Below the pieces are notes generated by a model. That model worked only from the letters and a program-made list of their open reading frames with translations. It had not been told where the DNA came from and ran no database searches. DNA of 64,000 bases from Heptranchias perlo (lineage: Eukaryota), in NCBI RefSeq assembly GCF_035084215.1, contig NC_090333.1, forward strand, positions 59,024,001-59,088,000, read 5' to 3'. Positions 50,542-63,999 of the stretch are shown here, piece by piece. Positions within the stretch are counted from its first letter, which is position 1. Every line of letters begins with the position of its first letter. A program made the translations under genes and the position numbers.

Positions 50542-51419
50542 CAGGAGTCTGAAATAGTGTGTTGCGTCCCAGATGCCTGGGTTCAGGATTTGACCAAGTG
50601 AGTGAATAAGAACTTGTGGTGGGAAGTGAAGAAAAGATAGATAATGGTTTACATGGGAACTCAACAAATAGGTAGGTGTAGAACAGAGGTCCACAAAAGG
50701 AATTTCAGGAGCTAGGAAAAAGATTGAAGTAGAAGACTTCCAGAGTAGTAACCTTAGGGCGACTCCCTATGCCATGCACTGGACATATTAGTGAGACGCA
50801 GGTTAAGCATGGTTCAACACAATGGATAGAAGATAGCATTTCAAGTTTTGGGCCACTTGGGCCAATTCTTAAATAGCAGAGAAGATAAGCCATAAGGGAG
50901 AAGGCATTATTGGAAATGTCCCTAACTAATGAGGACAGCGTAATCAGCCAAGTTGGAGATAGGGAACAATAGTAATTTTAAAGTTGAAATGAGGACAAAT
51001 AATAAAAAACTATTTAAAAATTGGATATCAGGAGAGCAGACTTTGAGAGGATGAAATGCTGTAAAAATAAATAAAACAGGAAGAGAACTATTTAAAGGGA
51101 ATTATGTGAAGGAAAAATGGGAAGATTTTACGGAGGTGTTTCTCATGTTGCAGAGGCTATTTACTCCATAAACAAATCAAGGACCAAACAACAGACATGA
51201 GTGAAAAGGTTAATCGTATGAACATAGGAACAGGAGTAAACCAGTCAGCACCTTAGCCTGTTCTGCCATTCAATTAGATCATGTATCTTAACTCCATTTA
51301 AATGCCTTAGTTCCATATCCCTTAATACCCTTACCTAACAAAAATCTATTAATTTCAGTTTTGAAATTTTCAATTGACTTAGCCTCAACAATTTTTTGAG
51401 GGCGAGAAGCTCAGGTTTT

Positions 51420-51845
51420 TCTAGTGCTTGGTTTACCAGCCTCCCAACTTTCACCCTTCACAAACTTCACCCCTCCTAACCCCATTTTTCCCTTATCCAT
51501 TCTACACTTCCCTGTAAAGTGCTCTAAGGCATCGCTGTAACCTCCAGCCCTACAACCCTCCGTGCTCCTCTAATTCTGGCCTTTTTCCCATCTCTGATTT
51601 TCATTATTCCACCATTGGCGGTCACTCGTTCAGCTGCCCATAGCTTTGGAATTCCCTCCCTAAACCTCTCTACCCTCATTCAAGATGCTCCTTATAACCT
51701 ACCTGTATGATCAAGCTTTTAGTCACCTGACCTGAATATCTCCTTATGTGGCTCAGTGTCAAATTTTGTTTGATAATATTCCTATGATGCTTCTTGGGAC
51801 GTTTTACAACCTTAAAGGCGCTATATAAATGCAAGTAGTTGTTCA
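51420..51845 (+). mobile_element. L2-like LINE 3' fragment
   Basis: 'ttggaattccctccctaaacctctc...aaaggcgctatataaatgcaag' tail; related pieces ~37455-37650(-), 40255-40325(+), 44170-44260(+). Confidence 0.6.
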
Positions 51846-51989
51846 TGAGGAATGCTGTAGCAAATATAAGTTGTAATAATTTACGAGACCAGGGATGGAA
51901 CCTGGGACCAAAGGACTTCCAGTCTCGATAGAAATTTAGCCCATGTTTTTCCAGGAGAGAAAAATGAGCATAATTAAAACAGGCCCATA

Positions 51990-52460
51990 ATCTGTGCAGC
52001 GCCCGTCCCAAGAAAAGTGGGGAAACTTTAGAGAAGTCGTAGGTTTGCCGCACTGGCAGGACCTTCCGCCACTGCGCGCCGCTGTTGTTTCTATCAGTCG
52101 GAGGCGCCCACTCCAGGTGGTCAGTGACGAGCGAGTCGGTAGTTGGGTGAGTAACAAACTTATGGTCAGTCAGGGCTTGCGCCCCAGCTTTAATCCCCCG
52201 GGCAGTCCTGTAGGCCGGCTGCTCTCTCCGAACTCTGGGTCTACCAACGTAAATGTGGAGAAGTGAATTATGTCAAAGTCCCGTTCGGCCTGTACTCTGT
52301 ACCCGGGAGCGGGCCTGGGGGGGGCGAGCTCAGTCGATACTGACTCCCTGTGTTAATAACCTTCTCTGATGTCCTGGAGTTTCCTGATCCTGACCAGAGC
52401 TGGCCTGGGACCCTGTAGTCTGGAGATTGCGCAAGCCGTAGAGACGCTCAGCGTGTGGAC
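51990..52460 (+). promoter_or_regulatory. CpG-rich candidate promoter and non-coding first exon of the ACOT gene (donor TGG|GTGAGT after 52146)
   Basis: Unique CpG-rich island with a consensus plus-strand donor; the ACOT exon at 63740 needs an upstream exon. Confidence 0.5.
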
Positions 52461-53460
52461 AGCTAGCAATTGCAGATCATATTCTCTCATTTAGCTACAT
52501 TTAATAATTCAATTTAAAACTATGATTATTTATCTTTGATTATTAGTTGTCTATAGCATAGCATTTCTATGGTTGCAGCAATTCAGGAGCCACCATGGTC
52601 CGTAGAGTATTTGATAGAACTGTACTTACATTTATGACCACCAGCTTGTGAGTGTATTTTACTTACCACTGCTAAGTGGGGAAAACTTTCTTTTTATCTT
52701 TAGTCTCGTTTAAGGCTTGTCAGTTTTGTATTTGTGCTCACAGCCCGAATTAAAAAGAACTTTTCACATCCTCAGGATGTTCCAAATGAACCAATGAATT
52801 GCTTTTGAAGTCTAGTCATCATTACTATGTAGGCAAACATGCAGCTAATTTGCAGACAGCAAAGTCCACCAACAACAAATGAGATACATATATAATCTGT
52901 TTTGGTGACGTTGGTTGTCGGATTAATGTTTGCCAGGGCACCAAGAGAACTCTCCTGCTCTTCAGATAAGTACCATGGGATCCTTTACTTCTATCTGAAC
53001 AGGCAGACAGGGCCTCAGTTTAATATCTCATCTGAAAGATGGCATTTACAACAATGTAGCACTCCCTCAGTACCGCATTGGGTGTTAGCCTAGATTATGT
53101 GCTTAAATCCTGGAGTGCGGCTTAAATGCACAACCATTTGATTAATAAATGAAACTGTTAACAATGAACCAAGCTGACACCTAATAGCCTGTTTACATAC
53201 ACATTGACAATGCTTCTCAGCATTTCAAATACAAGGACTGTGTCTCCATCCTCAATCTTTTGTTTCTTCTCTACATTAAAAACAAGGGTCGTGTCTATTA
53301 TCACAACTGTGGTGGAGCTAAGGTAATCTGCTATTATCACCGAAAAGAGTGGGAGGAGAATACTCAACTAACCCTTTGTCTGGAATGTGTAATTTGATCC
53401 AGTCTGCTGCAGAATAATTCAAGTTCTCTGCAATGTGTAATTTGATCCAGTAATTATCAG

Positions 53461-53715
53461 GCAGGCTGCCGAGTTCGGAGAACGCTCGGCGCTGGCAGGC
53501 TGCCGAGTTCGGAGAACGCTCGGCGCTGGCAGGCTGCCGAGTTCGGAGAACGCTCGGCGCTGGCAGGCTGCCGAGTTCGGAGAACGCTCGGCGCTGGCAG
53601 GCTGCCGAGTTCGGAGAACGCTCGGCGCTGGCAGGCTGCCGAGTTCGGAGAACGCTCGGCGCTGGCAGGCTGCCGAGTTCGGAGAACGCTCGGCGCTGGC
53701 AGGCTGCCGAGTTCG
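53461..53715. repeat. Perfect 34-bp minisatellite, 7.5 copies
   Basis: Unit gcaggctgccgagttcggagaacgctcggcgctg; no spacers. Confidence 0.97.
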
Positions 53716-53949
53716 AGAGGGCAGTTGATGACCTACAATGCACATGTGCAGCAAGATCACCATCCCGCACATGTGCGCCATCAAAAGAGGAAGTACTCAT
53801 GCCCTGGCGCTAGTCACAGCGTTAAACATTGCCATTCTTACAGTAGCTGCCACAACTGATTCAGCAAATTGTACCTTAATATTGACTCTGAAACATGGAC
53901 CTTTTTTCCATTTGAAAAAGTCCCAATAAACCATTATTGGATTAGTTTG

Positions 53950-54745
53950 TACACCCACCAATTTAATTTTGTAAAATGCAGGGCAAGAGGCAGTATGTTT
54001 GGAGGGCAAATAGAGGCAGATTTATTTCAGTGCAGTGAACTGTGAGTAGTGCATTTTGAGGAGGAACAGAGAAAGAGAGATCTGGGTGTGCAGATACAGT
54101 ACAAAGATCTTCAAAGGTGGAATTGCAGGGAGAAAAGACCATAAAAAGGCAAATGGGATTCTGGGTTTTATATACAGCGGCATTGAATATAAAAGCAAGG
54201 AGGAGAAATGTTAGGCTACAGTTGGAGTTTTGGGCATACTTATAGGAAGGATAATAGAGCCATACAAGGGTTCTGTGAAGATTCACGGGAATTATACCAG
54301 GAAGGAAAGGTTATAGTTATGAAGAAATGTTCAAAAATAGTATTTTTTTCCCAAACTGGAACAGAGAAGGTTAAGACAGTTTCAAAATTTTAAATGGTTT
54401 TGAGAGGGCAAATATGAAAAGCTTGTTTCTACTTGTTGGCAAATTGGTAACAAGTGAACTTAGACTGAGGATTATCACAAAAAAGATGAAGAGGGAAGTC
54501 GGATAAAAACTCACAGTGGGTTATTAGAACATGGAATGTTTTACCACAAGTGGCAAATGAAGCAGAGGCTATAACATAATTTAAAAGGGAATTGGATAAT
54601 ATTTGAAAAGGAAGAATATAAAAGGATACTGAGAAAGGACAACGGAATGGAATAAGAGTAGATAGCTCCACTTGAAGACCTAGTGGTGATCAGTACAGGT
54701 ATGATGGGTGAATGACCTCCTGCTATTCTGTAATTTATATGTTAT
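53950..54745 (+). mobile_element. Old CR1 3' portion
   Basis: 'gagagatctgggtgtgcagataca', 'gcaaatgggattctggg' and 'acatggaatgttttacca' CR1 ORF2 and 3' UTR motifs. Confidence 0.75.
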
Positions 54746-55825
54746 GATGCAGTCACAGTGTTCTGTTTTAGTCAGAAAAGTACAAAATTGCCATCTGGGG
54801 TTTGGTTTCTATTTTGAGTGGTAATACTCTCCTCCCTCAGCCAAAAGTTAATCTACAAGTTAACCTTTTAAGGACAGTGAATTTATCAGTTCTTATTCTT
54901 CCTCTTTCTTTTTCTCTCTGCCCCCTTTACACTACCATGTAGAGCTGTACAGTCTTCGTGTATGTTCAGTTAAAACTAGTGGGGGGGGGGGGAATCTCTG
55001 GAGCACACTGCACAGTTCTGTAATGCAGAATAAACTGATCTGGGATCCCTTGTCACAGGGTGAGACTGTTGCTTGCCCTAGTCCAGTATGACCCCTCACA
55101 GGACAAGACTGTCAATTTGCCCCAGATGAAGTGACCTCACTAGTAATAGAGCTGAAATTTGATGCTATGTGGCATATTATTTTTGTATTCCACTTTCCAA
55201 TTACTGAAATGATTCATTAAATATTTGTACGCACGGCATTTCCCCTTTAAGTAGTAGCTTAGAAATGAGGGTTGGATTTGAATTTATGAGATAAAGACTT
55301 TGGCAGACAAAGTAGCGGATGATGGAGATTGACAAAACAATGAGTCTTTCATTTGCCTCCAATCATGTGAGTTTTTATGTTACATAAATCTAATAAATGT
55401 AGATTTCTTAGTAAAGCAGATGCCAGCCTTTTTTAAAGGCCATGTTTATACACTTTATAATTGCTGTGTAAGTGTCCTGATGTCTCAGTGGATGAATGCA
55501 CCACCTAGTGTTGTACTGACCAGGAAGGTCCCAAGGTTTGACCTCCAGTCTGTGCTGACTTAGCTAATCTCAGCCAAGGCAGCAGTCTGCAAGCTACAAT
55601 TCTTCTCCCAGTCATCTGCTTTCATTAAGTCATTCATTAACTCCTGTTGGAAAGTAAACGTGTTGTCACTGCCTGAGGACGGGTTTGAGCTTGGCTGCGA
55701 TGCCTTCCCTGTGATTCAGTAGCCTGTCAACACTCGTCAATGCTTGTAGATGGAGAATGACTACTTAGGTGAGGTACCAGAGGGAAGCCATTGCCCCTGG
55801 AACTGTACCTCAGCATGAGTTAGTA

Positions 55826-57680
55826 GCCTAGATTTTTCAACATGGGTGCTGTTTAGATGTGAACTGTTGGAAGTGAATTTCAGACAGATTCAAAAGGAAG
55901 TGTGATGTTTACACCCAATTTTCTGAGATTTGTTCAGTAGCATAACTTCAGGTGTAGATTTGGATAGGTGTGGGGAGCATACTAGTGGTGAGAGCAGAAA
56001 AGTGCATGTAGGTGAAATTTAATGGGATGAGGATAATTCAAGGGAAATAGCAGAATAGGCTAACAAAAATTCTGAAGGCCTTTGGGAGGGTTCAAAAGGC
56101 ATTCCATTAGCAACTAGTGACACGTATGATGGGGGAGGGGGTCTTTTTTTTTTATTCGTTCACGGGATGTAGGCGTCGCTGGCGAGGCCGGCATTTATTG
56201 CCCATCCCTAATTGCCCTCGAGAAGGTGGTGGTGAGCCACCTTCTTGAACCGCTGCAGTCCGTGTGGTGACGGTTCTCCCACAGTGCTGTTAGGAAGGGA
56301 GTTCCAGGATTTTGACCCAGCGACAATGAAGGAACGGCGATATATTTCCAAGTCGGGATGGTGTGTGACTTGGAGGGGAACGTGCAGGTGGTGTTGTTCC
56401 CATGTGCCTGCTGCTCTTGTCCTTCTAGGTGGTAGAGGTCGCGGGTTTGGGAGGTGCTGTCGAAGAAGCCTTGGCGAGTTGCTGCAGTGCATCCTGTGGA
56501 TGGTACACACTGCAGCCACAGTGCGCCGGTGGTGAAGGGAGTGAATGTTTAGGGTGGTGGATGGGGTGCAACAGACAAAAATGAAGGAACCCAAGGTGTA
56601 GACATGAGTCTGCAGGCAAGTGATGGTGCAGCCCAATAACCAATCCCCGTTTTGATGATGGTGAAGCAGAAGTAGTGCTGCATGAGATGGCTCCCTTTGC
56701 CTCTGCATGGCACCATCCACATTGGTCTGCAGTGCAGCATGCCTGCAAGGGGAAGGATGCAGGTTTGAGACTGCTGCTGACTGGCACCATCATTAGCTGC
56801 ATCAGTCCTATGTGGCATGGTAGCTGCAAGTATCCTGGCAACAGATGGTACTGCTCTGCATTTGTAACTTGAACCCTGTGAAGGTAGTTCTCCACGGTTA
56901 TCACGTGTAGGTGCAACAATGCAGCTATGGCTTATGACATCTTGGTGGGTGCAACCAATCAGGCTACAATGACTGTTGATCACCCTGGCATGCCTTCTTG
57001 CATGCAGTACCACCAGAATCAGGACATACTGAGATCAGGGTGCTTCTGAGACATTCACATATCATGGTGGGTTTGCTGTCTCAACTTTCTTTGGGAATAG
57101 GAGCCTCCACCTGCACTAATCGTCTGTCAAAGTTCAGTATGTTCACCTCTGTCTGTAGATGTGGGTTTTCAGGCACTGGCAGGAGGTCACAGAGGATCTC
57201 TCATGCAGCCTAACCTGCCTCGCATTCCTCCATTGGTCGTCCTCTTCCAAATCTGTCAGATGGGAGATTCCTATTGGGAAACCCATTGGTCAATTTAATG
57301 GTGCCGGGGGGAAGAATTGGAATAAATTGGCACAAAGGCTCACGAGAACTTCAATGCTAGCTGATAAAATGGTCAGGAAATGGCTACATGCTTATCACAG
57401 CCTAGCAACCCTGGACACCCAGTTCACATGGGCGCAATTAAGGATGGACATCCTGTGCGGCAGAATTTTGGAAAATAGCGTGTAGGAAGTCTCCTTCCCC
57501 AAGCTAATATTAAAATGAAGCCACTGCCTGTTTAAGGCTGGGGCTTCCTTCACACATTTTCTTCACCCTTGGAAATGCATGAGATGCGATGTGAAGCAAC
57601 AGATCTCTCTCCACTTTTCCAAGCAGGTCTGTCTGATTTACACCTATAAATTGGGTGGGCCCGATTCAAAAATCCAGTCT
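55826..57680 (-). mobile_element. Decayed PIF/Harbinger-like transposon remnant
   Basis: Frameshifted motifs resembling HARBI1-type transposase (IYRQR..CRWRLLF, LIGCTH, PSHAALLL..GDWLLG); possible TIR remnants at the ends; limits uncertain. Confidence 0.4.
56145..56570 (-). mobile_element. 5'-truncated copy of the young APE-RT LINE
   Basis: Near-identical to 14714-15138; poly(A) tail. Confidence 0.95.
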
Positions 57681-58486
57681 TGCATGTTCAGGAATGTTGG
57701 TGGAAGGGGAAGCAGTATGTGTGTAATAGTAATATGAAATTGATGATGTTTTTTGAAAAAGAATCACATCAGCAGAAAGCTGCTTTTGTTGAGTGTATTC
57801 TGCCCTTTGCTTGCTGATGTACCAAATGCTGGATTGAATGCAGAGGGTAAATAAGGAACTGTGCCTGATGGAGATTTCCTAATCTAACCTCATCAGATGG
57901 AATCAGGAAGGAAGTGCCCCACACAGCAACTGAAAACATTTAGTGTACAGGCACTCATCTGTGAACTATCACTTAGCTGCTGTGAAACTATATGGGAAAC
58001 CATATTCTGGGAGCTGAGTTTTTAGAAATTTTCTACACATGGTGGAGCTGCTTTATGCACAGAAAACATGTCAGAGGTATGTGTGGCTTTATTTTAGGGG
58101 ATTCTTTGTCATGTCCAAACATAAGAGGACATTTTTCTTTGCCAGTTAATCCTTCACCCCTGAAGGTGCTGGGGTTTTTTTGGGGTACTGTTACATGAGC
58201 ACCAGCCATTTTCTGGTACCTTTTTTGGCCATTCTTCATGTTTGAGCCTAGATGGTGAGTGAAGGCAGGCTTTTGGCAGGTTGGCCTTTGGGGGATAGCT
58301 AAATGTCCAAACCTGTGTTCACCAGATATCCCTCTGCCCAACACAAGCGCACACACGCACATTCATTACTGTAGTGTCCACTGGATCGTGATCAGGAGCA
58401 GGAATCAGCCATAGACCTTGTCATCAATCTCCCTTTTCAGGTTCTGTAGCTGATTGACCAATGTGACTCATCCATACTACATCCTG

Positions 58487-58698
58487 TGTTAATTGTATCC
58501 ATATGATTTATATCAATTAGTGTTAATTGTATTCAGGTGGTGCATATCAACTGAGGACTCTCTTGTATCCATTTATATGAGAGCTTATCTAGGGTGTGGA
58601 GTGGGTAATGTGGATCTCTGTGAATAAAGGCTTGGAAGCAACTGAAGACCAGGCTCTAGTATTCTATCCTTCACCACCTGACTATCCAATTTATTACA
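58487..58698 (+). mobile_element. Solo LTR (212 bp)
   Basis: TG...CA termini, 5-bp TSD tcctg, TATA-like tttatat, AATAAA at 58623-58628. Confidence 0.8.
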
Positions 58699-58699
58699 T

Positions 58700-60300
58700 C
58701 CTGTTTAGGAGCAGTCCAACAAACCCTTTCTGGAACACTCACAATGCAGGCTAATACCTTTGCAATGTTTATACTCCTTCCTGTTTGTACATAAAAATTA
58801 TTATTGCTAATTTCCAAACCTGAGGTACTTTCTGTTTGGATGTTAGTGAAACTTTCAGCATTTCGTGTTGCCTGTATTTTCCCACTTAAACTCCAATTCT
58901 ACCTCAAGTTTTCTCTCTGGTCTGGTTTTTCATGGACACATGCCGTTAATGCTGTCATAGGGCTCTAACACTTTCTACTTACATTTTTCTTTTCTGGCCG
59001 TGTCCTTCACCGGTTCCAATGATTTTTCCATTAAGCTCATCCACAATTGGTTTCATGCACTTTGTCTGTTCCCCTCTTCCATTTCTGCCGCTTTCTTCAG
59101 CCAGAAGTCTTTATGGTCCCATCTTAACTTGAAGAATCTTTTTCACCTTCATGCTTCTCACTTCTTCTGTTCTTATCCACAATTTCCATCATCTGTAATT
59201 TTGTCTGCTTAACCTCCTCTTGGTCTCTGGCTTGAGCTAATTCTCCTGCTGTATATTCTTTGGCCTGAGCATTTCCTTTACTGTCACATGAACTTGGAAA
59301 GATCGGAATAGGAGTAGGCCATGGCTGATCTGTACCTTAAATCCATTTACCTGCCATTGATCCATGTCCCTTGATACCTGTAACTAACAAAAATCTATTG
59401 ATCTCAGCCTTGAAAATTTCAATTGATTCAGCAGCCACAGCCTTTTGGGGGAGGGAATTCTTTGTGAAAAAGTGCTTCCTGATTTCAACCCTAAATGGCC
59501 TAGCTCTGATTTTAAGATTATGCCTCCTTGTTCTAGATTCCCCTCCAGAGGAAATAATTTCTGTCTATATACCCTATCGCATCCCTTTATCATTTTAAAC
59601 ACCTCGATTAGATTACTCCTCAACCTTTTAAACTCGAGGGAATACAAACCAAGTTGAAGCAAGGTTCTTCAAAATGTAATCCTTTAAGCCTTGGTATCAA
59701 TTTGATGAATCTGTGCTATACTCCCTCCAAGGCTAATATATACTTCCTGAGGTTTGGTGCCCAAAGATGAACACAATACTCCAGGTGGGGTCTGACCAAG
59801 GCTCTGTACAAATGAAACATTAATTCCTCATTTTTGTATTCTAATCCCCTCTTGACACAGCCTCCTTGTAGGCATCCCACAGCCTTTCTTCATCTCCTTG
59901 CTTGGGCAAGTCATCAAGCAGGGCAAATTGCCTGATAACGGCCCAGAACTGAGACTCCTTTGCTAGGACCTTAAGTGCATCAGTGTCCTTATTTGTAACC
60001 ACTCTTTGTGTCTCTTTGCCAGTTTCACCCATGGTTGAACAACAAGGTGATGGCCACATTCAATCTCTGCTACCTGTATACCTCCTCAACTGGCACAGTG
60101 GTGCAAGGTGTTCCTCAGTCACTACTATGTACTTGATTAATCTTTGTCATCTTATCTGGTGAGCTCCTGTTTAGGTTGTACCTCTCTTACTGTCAGTACA
60201 TGTTACAAGCTGGTTCTGATTAGATGTTGTCCACTGTCATTTTCTGCACTAATTCCCTTCGACCGCAGAAACTAAAGGTAAAGTGGGCATAGAGGACCTC
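58700..60300 (-). mobile_element. Decayed RTE-type LINE interrupted by a CR1 3' fragment (~59290-59850)
   Basis: Remnants RSPDK, AEIECGHHLVV, EERLWDAYKEAVS..TVKEML, WLKKAAEMEEG, EPVKD resemble the RTE endonuclease and linker. Confidence 0.55.
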
Positions 60301-60592
60301 TAGTAAAAGGCAGCAGATGAACCCTGTAGCTGGAGAAACTGCACGCATATAAAAGGCATAGGAGTGGACCAGTAGCTACAATGGTGTTGCATTGGATTTG
60401 ATGAGCACTAACCATACCCTCACTCCATGTTGGGACTCACTTTTTCTCACTGGCCAGATCAGGGTGAAGAAAAGATTTTGTGTAGGATTGATTCTGCCCC
60501 TTAGAAGCTCTCCTCTTGTTGCGCAGTCCCTGTTTGGGTTGGGGACTGAAATGGCCGTGGTCCTGGTTGTACAGGCCAAGGTAGAAAATACA

Positions 60593-60740
60593 AGGTGAAT
60601 TCACAAGTCCCACACTCCCACTGGGACGCTGCATTCGACAAGAGTACAGGTCAGGGATACAACACTAGTGTCAATTCACTGACCCATGTTCGCTTACAAT
60701 GTGGCTCCCTACTGGGAGCGCAGGAGTGGTGAATTTACCC
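60593..60740. mobile_element. Small palindromic MITE-like element
   Basis: Imperfect TIR ggtgaattcac / ggtgaatttacc with inner inverted arms ctcccactggga / ccctactgggag. Confidence 0.5.
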
Positions 60741-62444
60741 TGTTGTCACTACAAATGCAGAATATTAAATCATGTGCAACTTTAATTGTGGGTAGAAGTT
60801 TAAGTATTCAGGAGTCAAATATTGTGATTTGTGAAAATCTCACAGTTCATGCGTAAGAACTCAATTGCAAGTAACTTGAAAAAAGATATGTGCATCACAA
60901 GTTAACTTCTCTTCCCTCTCTTCTGCCACCCCCCCCCCCCCCAACTTTGCCCATCCCTCCCAAAAAATAAACCGGCAGTGGCTGGTATCACTGACTGTTT
61001 GAAGAGGGGAGGGGAAAGCGGCGTGGGATGGGAAGAGATACATTTATTTATTTTCTCCTCTCATTAGCTTGTGAACAACCACCATGTTATTCTGGATTTT
61101 GGTATGGACAAGATTTGATGACGACCTTAGCAACTATCTAATCAAACCACTAATTTATTTTTTATATATAGAAACTTTACTAGATTCCTGAACTGAATAT
61201 TTAGGGCATAGAAAGCAGTCTGGCTTGTGCTTAATTTCTATGTATGTCAGTGCAGTTAGGAAGGAAGAAATTGATTTTAATTGATGTGTACCTTCCTTTC
61301 AAGTCAATTGCAATTCTATCAATAACTGCAGGTTTGAGTGCAGAATGTTACAGTGTCTGCTCAAATCACGTGATCAATATTGTTTGCTACATTTGGGATT
61401 TTCTTTCTTGCCAGTTCACTTAAACGTGGCTCTATTGCTCCAAAGGTTCTCTGTTGCCATTGAGAACTGGGTGGTTTTGGCTCCATTCACAAGAAGTAGA
61501 TTAACCTTCCAGTCACTCAGCAATCCAACTGGTCAGTGATCCAGAGTTAGTCACACAGTGTGCCATTGCCTTTATTGAACCACAAGATATAGTCTGTTAA
61601 CAATGGTCACTTGTATTCTATGAGACAAAAGGCAAAGCTTTTCTTCCGAGGTTTTCTTTGTAGTCATGAATGAGAAACCCTGGGAGCATGACTTGCTAAA
61701 ACAAGTTAAACAGAGTAATGAGCAATGCAAACTTGCAGGTTAATAATAGGCAAGTGCAGATCGCCTCCTGAAACTCAATATTTTGTTTTTGATGACTTTC
61801 CTTCCCCCAGCCCACGTGAAAATATTTCTCTAGGTGCAGCGAATGAATATGCTGTAGAATTCAGTGAGTGTTTGTGCTGTTTATATATTGTCTTGTATTC
61901 TTTTTTCATTATACATTCTCGAGATGTGGGCGTAGCTGGTAAGGCCAGCATTTATTGCCCATCCCTGGTTGTTCTTGAGAAGGTGGTCGTGAACCTTCTT
62001 CTTGAACTGCTGCAGTTCATGTGGTGAAGGTACTCCCACAATGCTGTCAGGTAGGGAGTTCTAAACCTGCTAGTGTGGTAGTGACAGCCATGTACTTTCA
62101 GGCGTGTTTTTAAAAAAATTATCATGATATTCATTCAAAAACATCACTCCCCAATGGCCAACCAACAACACAGCCAAATCATCCAGAACCTCGAGCCAAT
62201 TTTAGTAATAAAAACACTATCTGACGTGTGGTCATTGCTCCTCCTGAAACTGTTTTCTTATTCCTCCTAAGCTGCAATTACGCCACTCTGTGTGTTACAT
62301 GCATTCTCATTATGCTGAAATCAAAAGAGAAGGCATGGTCTCTTCCTCTTATTCATTCTTTCCCAACACTTCTAAACTGTGGAATTTCTGACCTTCCTCT
62401 ATCTTCCTTTCCGCCAAAAATCTAAAAGCTTTTAAAACTCCTGA

Positions 62445-63427
62445 TTTTTTTTTTATTCGTTCACGGGATGTGGGCGTCGCTGGCGAGGCCAGCATTTTAT
62501 TGCCCATCCCTAATTGCCCTCGAGAAGGTGGTGGTGAGCCGCCTTCTTGAACCGCTGCAGTCCGTGTGGTGACGGTTGTCCCACAGTGCTGTTAGGAAGG
62601 GAGTTCCAGGATTTTGACCCAGCGACAATGAAGGAACGGCGATATATTTCCAAGTCGGGATGGTGTGTGACTTGGAGGGGAACGTGCAGGTGGTGTTGTT
62701 CCCATGCGCCTGCTGCTCTTGTCCTTCTAGGTGGTAGAGGTCGCGGGTGTGGGAGGTGCTGTCGAAGAAGCCTTGACGAGTTGCTGCAGTGCATCCTGTG
62801 GATGGTGCACACTGCAGCCACAGTGCGCCGGTGGTGAAGGGAGTGAATGTTTAGGGTGGTGGATGGGGTGCCAATCAAGCGGGCTGCTTTATCTTGGATG
62901 GTGTCGAGCTTCTTGAGTGTTGTTGGAGCTGCACTCATCCAGGCAAGTGGAGAGTATTCCATCACACTCCTGACTTGTGCCTTGTAGATGGTGGAAAGGC
63001 TTTGGGGAGTCAGGAGGTGAGTCACTCGCCGCAGAATACCCAGCCTCTGACCTGCTCTCGTAGCCACAGTATTTATATGGCTGGTCCAGTTAAGTTTCTG
63101 GTCAATGGTGACCCCCAGGATGTTGATGGTGGGGGATTCGGCGATGGTAATGCCGTTGAATGTCAAGGGGAGGTGGTTAGACTCTCTCTTGTTGGAGATG
63201 GTCATTGCCTGGCACTTATCTGGCGCGAATGTTACTTGCCACTTATGAGCCCAAGCCTGGATGTTGTCCAGGTCTTGCTGCATGCGGGCTTGGACTGCTT
63301 CATTATCTGAGGGGTTGCGAATGGAACTGAACACTGTGCAGTCATCAGCGAACATCCCCATTTCTGACCTTATGATGGAGGGAAGGTCATTGATGAAGCA
63401 GCTGAAGATGGTTGGGCCTAGGACACT
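62445..63427 (-). mobile_element. 5'-truncated copy of the young APE-RT LINE, open RT C-terminal frame
   Basis: 283-aa ORF 62510-63361 beginning MGMFADD; near-identical to 14714-15694; older relative at ~61900-62065. Confidence 0.95.
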
Positions 63428-63750
63428 ATTTCCTGATTCACCTCACCTCACCTCCTTTCCTACTAGTTTCTATCCTGACTGTGTTGTGCACTGTGGGCTA
63501 TAGCCCTTCACACAGCTTTCTCAATTAAACAAATACAAAGGATTAAGGCACATAAAATTATCTGGTGGTGAGATATAAGTGAACCTTCATGTGTTGGTGC
63601 CCTTTGTAATCACTTGAAATTCAGGTTTGTGGGCTTACTGTTGTTGGGATCCCAGAGTACTGTTATTGCTGTGTATCATTATTATCCTGTGTGTTTTTCT
63701 GAAACATTGTTGATCCTCCAAATTTTGCCCCCTTCCTAGAATTTCTTTGA

Positions 63751-63999
<249 letters not shown>

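Larger units (their letters stand above)
49230..51200 (+). mobile_element. Old CR1 remnant (ORF1 and start of ORF2) hosting nested insertions
   Basis: Removing the MITE restores IDGIFCKHNQESEIVCCVPDA (esterase-region motif). Confidence 0.65.

Noticed and set aside
53461-53715. CRISPR-like array (34-bp palindromic repeats)
   Set aside because: Units are contiguous with no spacers, there are no cas genes, and the context is vertebrate.
53318-53800. 160-aa and 121-aa repetitive ORFs
   Set aside because: By-products of a stop-free minisatellite; no splice or homology support.
56208-56720. 170-aa chimeric ORF
   Set aside because: Chance fusion of a decayed transposon sequence with a truncated LINE tail.
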